Source: a bacterium (GTDB lineage Bacteria > Patescibacteriota > Patescibacteriia > UBA10025). Taken from it: 64,000 bases of DNA. The stretch lies in the NCBI GenBank assembly GCA_021815445.1, contig JAKAGM010000001.1, positions 299,527-363,526 on the forward strand, given 5' to 3'. Positions 9,075 to 19,588 of the stretch are shown here, piece after piece (position 1 is the stretch's first letter; each line of letters opens with the position of its first letter). A model generated the notes under the pieces. That model was not told the DNA's origin, ran no database searches, and worked only from the letters and a program-made list of their open reading frames with translations. Both the position numbers and the translations under genes were made by a program.

Positions 9075-10403
9075 CTAACGCAATGCACGGGGTAGTTCAG
9101 AAAGAGCCCGCAAGAAATCTCCACTGATACGTGTGATGCTTCCGGCTCCCATAGTAATAACCACGTCTCCGCGCTTAAGTTGGGGCAGGACTCCAGAAAT
9201 GATACTGCCGAGCTGGGGGATATATTGCAAATCACGATGTTTGAGTATTTCATCAAACAGATTTTTCGCATTTATGCTCTCACCTGCCTCGCGTCCTTCG
9301 ACAAAAAAAATCTCAGTCAATACCAGCTTATCGGCGTCCTGAAATGAGTTGACGAAATCCTGAAAAAGCATCCTGGTCCTGTTGCGTTGATGCGGCTGAA
9401 AAATACACCATATTCTTCTGCCAGGGTACTTCTCTTTCGCCGCCTTGAGCGTAGCCCTGATTTCTGTAGGATGATGCGCATAGTCGTCAATAATCGTCAC
9501 CCCGTTGCTCTCACCCTTAACTTCAAATCTCCTCCAAATTCCCGGGAATTCTTTCAACGCAGAGGCTATAATATCCATAGCAACCCCCAGTTCACAGGCG
9601 AGCATACAAGCGGCAAGCGCATTGTTAATATTGTGTCTCCCTGGAATTTTAAGCGGTGTAATTTCAGATTCATGCGTGTCGCCCTTTCCGAACCATAACA
9701 CCCTGCTTCTCAGATGGTGGCACACATCAAGAACATTTCGATCTTCTATATTTGCAACGATAAAACCTTCCGGCGGGACTTTTTTGGCAAGGGCGTGGAA
9801 CGACTGCTTCACGTCATCCAGATCCTTATAAAAATCCAGATGATCTGCTTCAATGTTCGTGATAATCAGGCAATCAGGTTTATATCGAAGAAATGATGCT
9901 TGGTACTCGTCCCCTTCGACAATGAAGAATTTTCCATTTCCGACGAGAACGTTGCCGTCAAATCCGGGAACGAGACTCCCGACGATGACCGTAGGATCAA
10001 GCCCGGCTTTTTGGAAAATGCGTCCCACCATAGCCGAGGTCGTTGATTTGCCGTGCGTGCCTGCCACGACGATGCGGACATGCCCCTCCATCAGTTCACC
10101 GACCATTTCAGGGTAACTGAGTATTGCGATGCCCCGATGTTCTGCTTCTACCCGCTCGGGGTTATCCTTACTGATCGCCGGACTATAGACGAGGAGATCG
10201 ACATCCGCAGCCACGCTCTCCTTTCGATGCTCACCGAATATAACCGCAGCACCACGGGACACGAGAGCGTCGGTAATTGCAGATGGCGCAAGATCTGACC
10301 CCGAGACATGCTTGCCATGTACCAGCATATAGCGAGCGACGGCGGAAACGCCGATCCCGCCGATACCCACGAGGTGCACATGCTGAATTTGTCCCATATT
10401 CAT
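9075..10403 (-). CDS. murC: UDP-N-acetylmuramate--L-alanine ligase
   Basis: GIGGIGVS, AGTHGKSTT, NIEADHLD, DDYAHHPTEI. Confidence 0.97.
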   Translation of the reverse strand: MNMGQIQHVHLVGIGGIGVSAVARYMLVHGKHVSGSDLAPSAITDALVSRGAAVIFGEHRKESVAADVDLLVYSPAISKDNPERVEAEHRGIAILSYPEMVGELMEGHVRIVVAGTHGKSTTSAMVGRIFQKAGLDPTVIVGSLVPGFDGNVLVGNGKFFIVEGDEYQASFLRYKPDCLIITNIEADHLDFYKDLDDVKQSFHALAKKVPPEGFIVANIEDRNVLDVCHHLRSRVLWFGKGDTHESEITPLKIPGRHNINNALAACMLACELGVAMDIIASALKEFPGIWRRFEVKGESNGVTIIDDYAHHPTEIRATLKAAKEKYPGRRIWCIFQPHQRNRTRMLFQDFVNSFQDADKLVLTEIFFVEGREAGESINAKNLFDEILKHRDLQYIPQLGSIISGVLPQLKRGDVVITMGAGSITRISGDFLRALSELPRALR

Positions 10404-11458
10404 ACACTTCCAAGTGAACGAATGATGCTTGCGATCATTTTTCCCGAACCGGGTTTCGAAAACCGCGCGATAGCCCTCTCCAACCCAGCACGATCATCGG
10501 GACTTTGAAGAAGTCTGTCTATTTCGCGTGACAGACGTGAGGATGAAAATTCCTCTTGAGAAATGACCACTGCGGCATGAGACGCCGAGAATAAAGCTGC
10601 ATTATCTTCCTGCGGCGAATGTGGGAGTGGAACAAGGATGGAGGCTTTTCGAAGGTCGGAAAGTTCTGACAATATGGATGCACCAGCACGAGAAACGACG
10701 ATTGTCGCTGTTGCCAGTGCTTGATAAAGCTGGCGAGGTTTAAGAAATTCGAATTGTCTCAGCCGTTTGTTCGCGGTAAACCCTGGTGACTTGTTTTTTC
10801 CCGTAATTGCAGTTACATTCATTCGCTCGAGAATATGGGGAAGCGATCCGCCGAGAACTTTATTCATAAACAATGACCCGGTTCCCCCGCCGGTAATAAG
10901 AAGTAACGGCAAGTTTTCAGGAAATGACGGCAGATCTTTCGATCCCTGACGCGCATAAACTCGTGTAGGGTTCCCAGTCCAGATCGCCTTTGCGCCAGGG
11001 ATTCGATCAACAGTGGCTTGAAACCCAGTCGTTATCTTGGTACAGCAATAATGAGACATCGCAAGCGAGAGGCCCGGCTTGACGTCGGGTTGGTGAAACA
11101 CAATCTTTTTTCCTAGTAGCCACCCCGCCCAAACGCACGGCACGCTGACGTATCCACCCGCCGCAATAATGACGTCAGGCTGGAAACGCATGAAAATGAC
11201 CACTGCCTGTATGAAGCCTACTGCAACAAGAAAAGGCGCAACTGCTGTTTGCAGGCTGAGATAACGCCGAAACTTGCCACTGATCAATGTTGTGAAGGGA
11301 ATATGACATTCTGAGACCATTTCACGCTCGGGAAAACCCGACCTTGTTCCCACAAACAAAAATGAATGACGTGGCTGGTCGATATGCAGCTCATCCCACA
11401 ATGCGAGGAGTGGAGTGACCGACCCTGCCGTGCCGCCTCCGCACAGAGCGATGTTCAT
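10400..11458 (-). CDS. murG: Lipid II GlcNAc transferase MurG
   Basis: GGGTAG, GKFRRY, GGYVSVP, TGNP, SRAGAS, PQEDNA. Confidence 0.95.
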   Translation of the reverse strand: MNIALCGGGTAGSVTPLLALWDELHIDQPRHSFLFVGTRSGFPEREMVSECHIPFTTLISGKFRRYLSLQTAVAPFLVAVGFIQAVVIFMRFQPDVIIAAGGYVSVPCVWAGWLLGKKIVFHQPDVKPGLSLAMSHYCCTKITTGFQATVDRIPGAKAIWTGNPTRVYARQGSKDLPSFPENLPLLLITGGGTGSLFMNKVLGGSLPHILERMNVTAITGKNKSPGFTANKRLRQFEFLKPRQLYQALATATIVVSRAGASILSELSDLRKASILVPLPHSPQEDNAALFSASHAAVVISQEEFSSSRLSREIDRLLQSPDDRAGLERAIARFSKPGSGKMIASIIRSLGSV

Positions 11459-12561
11459 ACTGTTGAAGTTTGCTTTGAAATATTAAGCAGGACGCCCACG
11501 CAAGTTAATGATATTGCAAGTGCAGAACTCCCGTAACTGATAAAAGGTAAAGGGATCCCAGTAAGCGGTAATAGCCCGACCATCGCGCCTATATTGATAA
11601 GTGTCTGGACGGTAATCCAAGACGTAATACCGGCCGCCAGAAGTTTGCCGAATGTATCCGGCGCGCGACGCGCGGTCATAAAACCTCTTATCATGACAAT
11701 AAAATATAATCCGATCAACAGCAGTGAAAGAATAAATCCAAGTTCTTCGGCAATGACGGCAAATATCGAATCGCCGGTAACCTCCGGGAGAAAATTATAC
11801 TTCTGCCGTGAATGGCCGAGGCCGAGGCCGAATATTCCGCCTGATCCGACGGCAAGCAACGCCTGGTTGATATGATATCCGATACCCTGCGGGTCAAGAT
11901 CAGGGTTGAGAAAAACAGTGAGACGGTCCGCGCGGTACGACGAAGTTTTGATGAGAAGGTAAAAAAGGGCCAACCCGCCTCCGAACATCCATAGTAGATG
12001 TTTTATCGGAGCTCCGGCGACAAAATATACAATAATGGAGGTTATCGCTATAACCATGAGAGTGCCAAAGTCGGGCTCCATAATAATTAGCAGGCCCAAT
12101 GCTCCGAGAATTACCACAAAGGGTACGAGACCGTACGAAACATCTTTAATGGACTTGCCTCTTTTCTCAAGCCATGTCGCAAGGTACAAGATAAACGAGA
12201 ACTTCAAGAGTTCGGTTGGTTGAAATGTGTTCCCGGCTACAGCAATCCACCGGCGCGCACCGCCTGAGCCATAGCCGATTCCCGGGATAAAGACAGCGAT
12301 GAGTAAAATGACCGTGAGCACCAAAAGAGGAAGTGCAAATTTTTTCCAGCGGTGGTATTCAATCCTCGACGCCACATACATCCCCGCGATACCTATGAGA
12401 AGGCCGTAGATAATCTGATGATTAACCAAGTAATTGCTGCTGCCAAAGTGCTCATAGCTCACCACGCTTGATGCGGATGTAAGCATGACGATTCCAATAA
12501 CGACAATGATAAATACGCAGGCAAGCAAGGTATAGTCCGGGTGGTGTGGTCGCGTGCTCAT
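11455..12561 (-). CDS. ftsW: SEDS peptidoglycan polymerase FtsW
   Basis: GARRWI, FQPTE, EPDFGT, LPEVTGDSIFAVIAEELG, PLTGIPLPFISYG; dcw context. Confidence 0.95.
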   Translation of the reverse strand: MSTRPHHPDYTLLACVFIIVVIGIVMLTSASSVVSYEHFGSSNYLVNHQIIYGLLIGIAGMYVASRIEYHRWKKFALPLLVLTVILLIAVFIPGIGYGSGGARRWIAVAGNTFQPTELLKFSFILYLATWLEKRGKSIKDVSYGLVPFVVILGALGLLIIMEPDFGTLMVIAITSIIVYFVAGAPIKHLLWMFGGGLALFYLLIKTSSYRADRLTVFLNPDLDPQGIGYHINQALLAVGSGGIFGLGLGHSRQKYNFLPEVTGDSIFAVIAEELGFILSLLLIGLYFIVMIRGFMTARRAPDTFGKLLAAGITSWITVQTLINIGAMVGLLPLTGIPLPFISYGSSALAISLTCVGVLLNISKQTSTV

Positions 12562-12566
12562 GGTAG

Positions 12567-13946
12567 TTACAGTTTCTTGACTGCTGCTACAAACTGGCGT
12601 CCGCGGTCGAATTCGTGGAGAAATAAGCCGAAACTCGCACTTCCAGGCGAAAGAATTACCGTGTCACCTTTTTTTGCACGGGCTGAAGCAAGTTTCACAG
12701 CGTGATCCATTGATCGGGCAAAAGAATGGGGGAATTTACGTTTCCTTAGTAAAGCACTGATCTTTGCTGTCGCTGTCCCTGGCAGCAATATGAGGCAGCC
12801 GACTTTACGAACAATTTCGCGTACAAAATTCGCATACGGAAGTTTTTTGTCCGCCCCTCCTGCGATAAGTATAATCCTTCCCGAGATTGTTTCGAGCGCC
12901 GCAACCGCAGATTCAGGATTTGTAGCAGTTGTGTCATTGATAAATCGGACGCCGTTTTTTACAGTAACAAGTTCCTGCCTTCCTGCGACTCCCCGAAAGT
13001 GTGACAAGGCAGAGGCAATATATTTCACGGGGACACCGACGGTATACGCAGCCGTGACGGCGGCCAAAGCATTTTCCCGATTGTGGCTTCCAGGAACCCT
13101 GATTGCATCAACCGGGCAAATAGCTTGCTCTATTTTCTTTGACCTGCACACCACAGTGTTGTCGCGGATAAAACAGGCCCGCTCGCGCTCTAACGGGTGT
13201 AATGAAAACCAAACTACTGTCCCGCCAGCTTTTTTAGCCAGAGACCTTGTTAGCTTATTATCAAAATTGAGAATAGTGAAGTCTTTTTTTGTCTGACGGG
13301 AAAAAATAACACTCTTGGCTTTAGCGTAGCCCGCCATAGTACCATGCGTGTTGAGATGGTCGGGAAACAAATTAGTGATTACTGCGAGATGGGGCTTCAA
13401 ACGGAAAAAACTCAAGTCCTCAAGTTGCCAGCTCGATAATTCGATTACCGTCGGATCTTGGCGCCGGATGCCCTTAAGCAAAGTTAAAGGACTCAAGCCG
13501 GGATTTCCTGCGAGAACGCTATGAGGCCACCTACGCAGAACCATGTCATAGAGCATGCGCGTTGTCGTCGTTTTTCCCTTCGTACCGGTAATCGCAAACA
13601 ACGGGCTTGGGGTTCTTTCAATAAACAATGAAATATCCGTAACTATGGGAATCCCCTGCTTCCTGGCAAACATTAGATACGGAGAATTGATTGGCACTCC
13701 GGGATTTTTGACAATGATATCAGACGACGCAACTACTGCTCTGGAATGACTGCCAAGCTCAAAACGAATCCCAAGTCCGCGCAGTTTCCTCAGAGAAGGA
13801 CGCAAAATCAGGGACGACCTGCGATCGGTGACCGTTACCGTCGCGCCTTGACCTACAAGCCATTGAGCCACACTTACTGCCCCTCCGTGCAGGCCGAGGC
13901 CGAAAACAAGCACTTTTTTCCCTTCCAGCTTTGTCAATGTAGACAT
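12567..13946 (-). CDS. murD: UDP-N-acetylmuramoyl-L-alanine--D-glutamate ligase
   Basis: ITGTKGKTTT, ELSSWQL, DHLNTH, INDTTATN, SPGSASF. Confidence 0.96.
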   Translation of the reverse strand: MSTLTKLEGKKVLVFGLGLHGGAVSVAQWLVGQGATVTVTDRRSSLILRPSLRKLRGLGIRFELGSHSRAVVASSDIIVKNPGVPINSPYLMFARKQGIPIVTDISLFIERTPSPLFAITGTKGKTTTTRMLYDMVLRRWPHSVLAGNPGLSPLTLLKGIRRQDPTVIELSSWQLEDLSFFRLKPHLAVITNLFPDHLNTHGTMAGYAKAKSVIFSRQTKKDFTILNFDNKLTRSLAKKAGGTVVWFSLHPLERERACFIRDNTVVCRSKKIEQAICPVDAIRVPGSHNRENALAAVTAAYTVGVPVKYIASALSHFRGVAGRQELVTVKNGVRFINDTTATNPESAVAALETISGRIILIAGGADKKLPYANFVREIVRKVGCLILLPGTATAKISALLRKRKFPHSFARSMDHAVKLASARAKKGDTVILSPGSASFGLFLHEFDRGRQFVAAVKKL

Positions 13947-13947
13947 G

Positions 13948-15003
13948 CTAGCGTTTATCTATAATCGCGAGTACAAGCCCAAGAAGCGCCGTGACACCGG
14001 CAATAATCCAAAATCGCATAACAATTTTTGGCTCTGACCAGCCTTTCGCTTCCAAGTGATGATGGATGGGAGCGGACAAAAAAACTTTCTTTTTAAAAAC
14101 CATGCGCCAAAGGAGTTGAATAACTACGGAGAGGGACACGACGGCAAAAACGAAACCAATAACCGGTAACAGCAGTGAAGCGTTGGTAAGCATGGCAATA
14201 ATACCGAGAGTTACCCCTAGCGACATTGACCCCGTATCACCCATAAAAAAACGTGCCGGATTGACATTAAACCATAAAAAGGCAAGAAGTGCGCCGATAA
14301 TTACGCCGCAAAAAGTTACCAGATCATATTTCCCCTGCGCAAATGCTATTCCTGCGTAGGCTACGAATGCAGGGAGAAGCGTCCCTCCAGCAAGTCCGTC
14401 AAGGCCGTCAATTTCATTTACCGAGAAGGCGGTCGCCGCAATCATAAAAATAAAAATTGGTATGTACCAAAGTCCGATATCAAAACTGCCCACAAACGGT
14501 ACATGGAGTGTTGTCCATCCAAGTTTCGAGTAAAACCAGTAGGCGCCAAAAATAGCAATTAGGAGATACAGCAAAAGTTTATGGCGGACCCTCAGCCCTC
14601 CGCCCTGCGGGCCGATACGTCGAACATTAAATAGATCATCGACAAGTCCGACAATCGCAGATACGACGAGTATGCCCAATGGGAGTAACGTTTCAGAGCG
14701 CGAAAGAAAATTAAATTTCTGCAGTGTTGAAAGCCACGGAAACGCGTCAGCGAGTAGAGCGAGAAGAAGCGTAACAATAACGACGGTACCCCAGATGAGG
14801 ACTCCGCCCATAGTAGGAGTGCCCTCTTTTTGGGCGTGCAACTTTGTGAAAATGGGAGTTTGATCAGAAGATCGTATCCGTTTTCCCAATTTATACTTAT
14901 AGAGATAATGAGTGACTGCAGGAGTAAGCAGTATAGCGATAACAAATGAGATAAAAGTAAGTATGAGGGTTCTGATAATGACAAAATCTATTTTTAGTAG
15001 CAT
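13948..15003 (-). CDS. mraY: Phospho-N-acetylmuramoyl-pentapeptide transferase
   Basis: KEGTPTMGG, NEIDGLDGL, FMGDTGS, APIHHHLE. Confidence 0.97.
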   Translation of the reverse strand: MLLKIDFVIIRTLILTFISFVIAILLTPAVTHYLYKYKLGKRIRSSDQTPIFTKLHAQKEGTPTMGGVLIWGTVVIVTLLLALLADAFPWLSTLQKFNFLSRSETLLPLGILVVSAIVGLVDDLFNVRRIGPQGGGLRVRHKLLLYLLIAIFGAYWFYSKLGWTTLHVPFVGSFDIGLWYIPIFIFMIAATAFSVNEIDGLDGLAGGTLLPAFVAYAGIAFAQGKYDLVTFCGVIIGALLAFLWFNVNPARFFMGDTGSMSLGVTLGIIAMLTNASLLLPVIGFVFAVVSLSVVIQLLWRMVFKKKVFLSAPIHHHLEAKGWSEPKIVMRFWIIAGVTALLGLVLAIIDKR

Positions 15004-15007
15004 AGTT

Positions 15008-15370
15008 TCAAAAAATATTTTTTATGACAAGTATCGAGGAAGTCAAAAAAATTATCTGCGCGACTAAAGAAAAAGAAGCCAGCAATACGTTTGAAAAATA
15101 ACTCTCTCTGATAATGACAGAAACGAAAAAGTTTATAGCAAGGGTAAGAAAAGCTAAGCAAGGAAAGATAAATATGTAATACCATGGACCAAAAAAATCT
15201 ATCCCGAGGTATACGGTATAATGCAGCGGGATGGAATCATTCACAGGGTGAACCTTGAGTGTCAACAGTACGATGTGGGCGACAAGAACCACCGCACTGC
15301 TTAAATACAGGGCGATGACTGATTGATTGTCCATAGCGTCAGTAAAACTCTTTTTGCTGAAACGTAGCAT
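15008..15370 (-). CDS. Small membrane protein (three TM segments, IPLHY motif), first gene of the dcw operon
   Basis: Hydrophobic segments and an IPLHYTVYLGID motif (DUF1648-like); abuts mraY. Confidence 0.7.
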   Translation of the reverse strand: MLRFSKKSFTDAMDNQSVIALYLSSAVVLVAHIVLLTLKVHPVNDSIPLHYTVYLGIDFFGPWYYIFIFPCLAFLTLAINFFVSVIIRESYFSNVLLASFSLVAQIIFLTSSILVIKNIF

Positions 15371-15424
15371 GAACAGTATTGCCTATTGGCTAATAATACT
15401 CCGCAAATATCACAAAGTTTTTGT

Positions 15425-15453
15425 ATTATACAACAAGACTGGCCTTTTTACAA
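15425..15453 (-). promoter_or_regulatory. Sigma70 promoter of the dcw operon (TTGTAA-17-TATAAT)
   Basis: Perfect -10, near-consensus -35, 17-bp spacer. Confidence 0.65.
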
Positions 15454-15461
15454 GCGATTGA

Positions 15462-15490
15462 TTGACTATTGCATTTATTTTTGCTATAAT
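15462..15490 (+). promoter_or_regulatory. Sigma70 promoter of the type IV pilus operon (TTGACT-17-TATAAT, extended TG)
   Basis: Near-perfect consensus, 17 nt upstream of the pilB ATG. Confidence 0.7.
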
Positions 15491-15507
15491 ATATTGGTAA
15501 AAATCGT

Positions 15508-17247
15508 ATGTTTAGTGAAGATGAAATCAAAAAGGTTATCCTTTCCAGCAGCATACTGACGGAGGATGTCCTTACGGTCAATGCTAAGGCAGCGGCCTCG
15601 AAAGGCATAGAGCTCGGCAAATACCTCGTCGAAAATAAAGTCGTCGGGGAAAATGTCCTTTATGAAGCTCTCGCAAATAGCAAGAAAATTCCTTTCATTG
15701 ACTTGCGGGATCAAACCATCCGGAAAGATATCCTCACTTTGCTCCCTGAGCCAATTTCGCAAAAACACCAGATCGTCGCTTTTGCAAAAGACGACCATGA
15801 AGTAAAAATCGCTACCCTGGATCCGTACAACATCCAGCTTTTTGAATTTATAAAGAAAAAAACGGGATTGAACGTCGAGGTGTCGCTCACTTCACCGACA
15901 GGGATCAAGGCGGCACTTGCGCAATATCACAAAGGACTTTCAGCTGAATTTAAAAAAATCACCAGCGGAGAAGAAACGGCAGATAGCCAAGATGAAGATA
16001 AAGAAAAAGATCTCAAGAAACTGGCCCATGACCTCCCCATTGTAAGAATAGTTGACACGCTACTGGAATACGCAATCTTTGAAAACGCTTCAGATATTCA
16101 CATCGAGCCCACTGAAAAAGAGACAGTCGTTCGCTACAGAGTCGACGGAATTCTGCGGGATGCCATGACTCTCCCTAAATCAGCGCACGCAGGTATCATC
16201 GCTCGCATCAAAGTGCTCTCAAGTCTTAAAATTGATGAGCATCGTTTGCCTCAGGACGGGAGATTTAAGGTCTCCACCCAGGAGCACAAAATTGCATTTC
16301 GTGTTTCGATACTTCCTGTTTTCGACGGCGAAAAGGTTGTGCTGAGACTGCTTAATGAATCAGCCCATGTGCTGACCCTTGAACAGCTTGGTATGCAGCC
16401 AAAAGCCCTCCTCGCCGTAAAGGACGCCCTCGATAAACCCCACGGCATTCTTCTGGTCACGGGCCCCACCGGCTCCGGAAAAACGACTACGCTGTATACA
16501 ATGCTGAATATTCTGAATACGTCGGACGTAAATATTTCAACAGTCGAAGATCCTATTGAATATCGAATGCCGAGAGTAAACCAAAGCCAGGTGAACCCGA
16601 AGATAGGCTTTACGTTTGCTAACGGATTGCGCTCCCTTCTTCGCCAAGATCCGGATATCATCATGGTAGGAGAAATCCGCGACAATGAAACCGCCGAGAT
16701 CGCCGCGAATGCCGCGATGACCGGCCACCTCGTGCTCAGCACTCTTCATACCAACGACGCGCCGTCATCACTTCCCCGCTTGTCAGAGATGGGAATTCCC
16801 TCATTTCTTATTGCATCGACGACAAATTTGATTATCGCTCAACGACTTGTGAGAAAAATTTGCCCTCACTGCATTTTAAGTTACACACTTTCAAAAAAAG
16901 CGATAAGTGAGCTTTCAAGGCAATTTGATGTGCCCATGATACTCATGACTCTTGAAAGAGAAGGCACCATACTCTCGGCAAAGGCTCCCCTTGAGTCTTT
17001 ACTGTTTTATAGGGGAAAGGGATGCAAACAGTGCAATAATTCCGGCTACAAAGGACGAATTGGAATTTATGAGGCACTCGTGGTATCAAAAAAAATGAGT
17101 GAACTGATTCTCAATAATGCCTCTACTGAAGAAATTCGACAGGCGGCAATAAAAGAAGGTATGATCACAATGCTACAGGACGGTTTTATAAAAGCAAAAA
17201 ATGGTATGACATCAATCGAGGAGGTCATCCGGGTAACAAAAGAATAA
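15508..17247 (+). CDS. pilB: Type IV pilus assembly ATPase PilB/GspE
   Basis: ASDIHIEP, RLPQDGR, GPTGSGKTTTLY, LRQDPDIIMVGEIRD, TGHLVLSTLHTND, CxxC..CxxC. Confidence 0.95.
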   Translation: MFSEDEIKKVILSSSILTEDVLTVNAKAAASKGIELGKYLVENKVVGENVLYEALANSKKIPFIDLRDQTIRKDILTLLPEPISQKHQIVAFAKDDHEVKIATLDPYNIQLFEFIKKKTGLNVEVSLTSPTGIKAALAQYHKGLSAEFKKITSGEETADSQDEDKEKDLKKLAHDLPIVRIVDTLLEYAIFENASDIHIEPTEKETVVRYRVDGILRDAMTLPKSAHAGIIARIKVLSSLKIDEHRLPQDGRFKVSTQEHKIAFRVSILPVFDGEKVVLRLLNESAHVLTLEQLGMQPKALLAVKDALDKPHGILLVTGPTGSGKTTTLYTMLNILNTSDVNISTVEDPIEYRMPRVNQSQVNPKIGFTFANGLRSLLRQDPDIIMVGEIRDNETAEIAANAAMTGHLVLSTLHTNDAPSSLPRLSEMGIPSFLIASTTNLIIAQRLVRKICPHCILSYTLSKKAISELSRQFDVPMILMTLEREGTILSAKAPLESLLFYRGKGCKQCNNSGYKGRIGIYEALVVSKKMSELILNNASTEEIRQAAIKEGMITMLQDGFIKAKNGMTSIEEVIRVTKE

Positions 17248-17255
17248 ACGTCGTT

Positions 17256-18470
17256 ATGCCACTATACGAATACACAGCCCGCACGCAGAATGGCCAACCC
17301 CAAGACGGCCATCTTGAGATATCAAGTGAAAAAGCGCTCGGAGAATACCTTACCTCACGGGGCCTGATCCTTACCAGCGTTAAGGCCGTCCAATCAAAGA
17401 GGGGCGGCATCGCATCTCTTTTCCGCCTGAGTCCGAAAGTTAATGTTGTACAGAAAATTTTCTTTTCTCAAAATCTCCAGGTGATGATTCGAACGGGCTT
17501 TTCTCTTTCAAATGCCCTTCATACGCTTGCCATGCAGACTGAGAGTAAAAAGTTTAAAGAAATCATCTTGGCCATGCAGAATGATGTCGAGAATGGCAAA
17601 TCTTTTTCTGAAGCCTTGAAAAAGTTTCCAACAGTATTTCCCGAATTGTTCGTTAATATGGTCGCTGCGGGCGAAGTGAGCGGCAAACTTGACGAGGTCT
17701 TACACCAATTAAGCCTCCAGCTTAAGAAGGATCACACGCTCATCAGCAAAGTTAAATCGGCGCTTACCTACCCCGCAATTGTTGTTTCAGCCATGCTCGG
17801 CCTCATCGTCGCCATGATGCTGTTTGTCATCCCCAACCTCTTGTCAGTTTTTGAAGAGGCGGGCGCGCAGCTTCCATTGCCCACGAGGGTGCTTATTTTT
17901 CTAACAAAATTTATCAGCGCCAACGGTGTCTGGATCTTACTCGGCGGTATTGCTTTTTGCTTTCTTGTATATCGAATAATTAAGACACGAAAAGGTAAGT
18001 ATTACTTTCACCTTTTTTTGCTCCAAAGTCCTGTTATGGGAAAGATTATAAAAAAAATAAACCTCGCGCGATTTACGAGAAGTCTCAGTTCGCTTTTGAA
18101 AACTGACATTCCGATAGTGCAGACCTTGCAGATTATTTCCCGTACCTTAGGCAATGTTCATTATCGTAATGCCATGATGAAAGCGTCGGAGGAGGTAAAA
18201 AAAGGCGTGAGCATTGTAAAAACACTTGAGATGTATCCGAAGCTTTTTCCGCCCATAGTGACCCAAATGGTGAGCGTCGGGGAGCAGAGCGGCACTCTCG
18301 ATACTATTGTCGAAGAGATAGCAAATTTTTATGAAGAAGACGTCGACACTACAATGGCTAACTTGTCCACAATTATTGAGCCTGCACTTATGCTCCTCCT
18401 CGGTGCAGGGGTTGCCGGATTAGCCGTTTCTATCATCCTGCCTATTTATAATCTTTCGCAGGCTATCTGA
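17256..18470 (+). CDS. pilC: Type IV pilus platform protein PilC/GspF
   Basis: Two T2SSF repeats (AGEVSGKL; VGEQSGTL..IEP..LPIY). Confidence 0.95.
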   Translation: MPLYEYTARTQNGQPQDGHLEISSEKALGEYLTSRGLILTSVKAVQSKRGGIASLFRLSPKVNVVQKIFFSQNLQVMIRTGFSLSNALHTLAMQTESKKFKEIILAMQNDVENGKSFSEALKKFPTVFPELFVNMVAAGEVSGKLDEVLHQLSLQLKKDHTLISKVKSALTYPAIVVSAMLGLIVAMMLFVIPNLLSVFEEAGAQLPLPTRVLIFLTKFISANGVWILLGGIAFCFLVYRIIKTRKGKYYFHLFLLQSPVMGKIIKKINLARFTRSLSSLLKTDIPIVQTLQIISRTLGNVHYRNAMMKASEEVKKGVSIVKTLEMYPKLFPPIVTQMVSVGEQSGTLDTIVEEIANFYEEDVDTTMANLSTIIEPALMLLLGAGVAGLAVSIILPIYNLSQAI

Positions 18471-18511
18471 CAGCGGATTATTCACCGACAGTCTGTAATA
18501 TTATTTCTCCA

Positions 18512-19588
18512 ATGTTTCGCTTCTCTCCCTTCACCAACGCATTCGGAATAGATATAAGTGATTTGCGCTTGAGACTTGTCCAAATTGCCAAGAGTGGACG
18601 TAAGCTCAAAGTGCGGTGCTACAACGAGCTTACCGTGCCAGAAGGGTTTATCGTCGACGGTGAAATCAAAAATTTTGCCAAACTCGTCGAGCTTCTCAAG
18701 CAGCTTGTTAAAGAAGCAAAAGGCGGAAAAGTCCTATCAAGCTATGTGATTGCGTCGTTGCCTGAAAGAAAGACATTCTTTAAGGTTTTGGATATTCCGC
18801 AACTTCCCGAAAAAGAAATTGAGGGCGCCGTACAGTGGGGTATAGAACAAAATATCCCCGTAAGCTTCGACTCAGTTTCATATGATTGGCAGACTCTTTC
18901 CCACGATTCCCAAAGTAATAAAACAACCATAGCGGTCGCCGCAATCCCCAAAGAAATACCCGAACAATACTCTGCGTTGCTGAAAGCAGCCAAGCTTGTA
19001 CCGATCGCGCTGGAGACCGAGTCAAATGCAATTGCACGCGCACTGATTGATCCCGCCCAGCATACCAAATCAGGCCTCATTATTATTGACTTAGGCGCAA
19101 GCCGCACATCACTTATTCTAGTCGACGAGGGCGTAATCCATTATTCATCCACTATTGAGCTCTCAGGATACGAAATGACCCAGACAATTGCAAGAAAATT
19201 CCAACTTACAATTGAGCAGGCCGAGAAGGCAAAGCTCATTTGCGGCCTCGATCAAAAAAAGGGAAAAGGTATTGTGCGCCAAGCTTTACTTCCTCTTTTT
19301 GCCGGCCTACAAAAAAAAACGCAAGAGGTTGAGATGTTTTATCACGCATCGCTTTCACGCAAACTCCCTCTTCGGGTTATCCTGTGCGGAGGTGTAAGCC
19401 AGATGGTAGGGCTGGATATATTCCTTACAGATGCACTGCATTTACCCGTTGAGCTTGGCAATCCTTTGAGGTTTGTTACGGGCGGATCAATAAAGAATAG
19501 TATCCCTAAGGAAAAAATACTTCCTTACACAACAGCGCTGGGATTAGCCCTGCGTCCCTTCCTTTCCAACGAACGATATTTCATATGA
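18512..19588 (+). CDS. pilM: Type IV pilus assembly protein PilM (actin-like)
   Basis: FGIDIS, IIDLGASRT, LCGG, ALGLALR. Confidence 0.9.
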   Translation: MFRFSPFTNAFGIDISDLRLRLVQIAKSGRKLKVRCYNELTVPEGFIVDGEIKNFAKLVELLKQLVKEAKGGKVLSSYVIASLPERKTFFKVLDIPQLPEKEIEGAVQWGIEQNIPVSFDSVSYDWQTLSHDSQSNKTTIAVAAIPKEIPEQYSALLKAAKLVPIALETESNAIARALIDPAQHTKSGLIIIDLGASRTSLILVDEGVIHYSSTIELSGYEMTQTIARKFQLTIEQAEKAKLICGLDQKKGKGIVRQALLPLFAGLQKKTQEVEMFYHASLSRKLPLRVILCGGVSQMVGLDIFLTDALHLPVELGNPLRFVTGGSIKNSIPKEKILPYTTALGLALRPFLSNERYFI

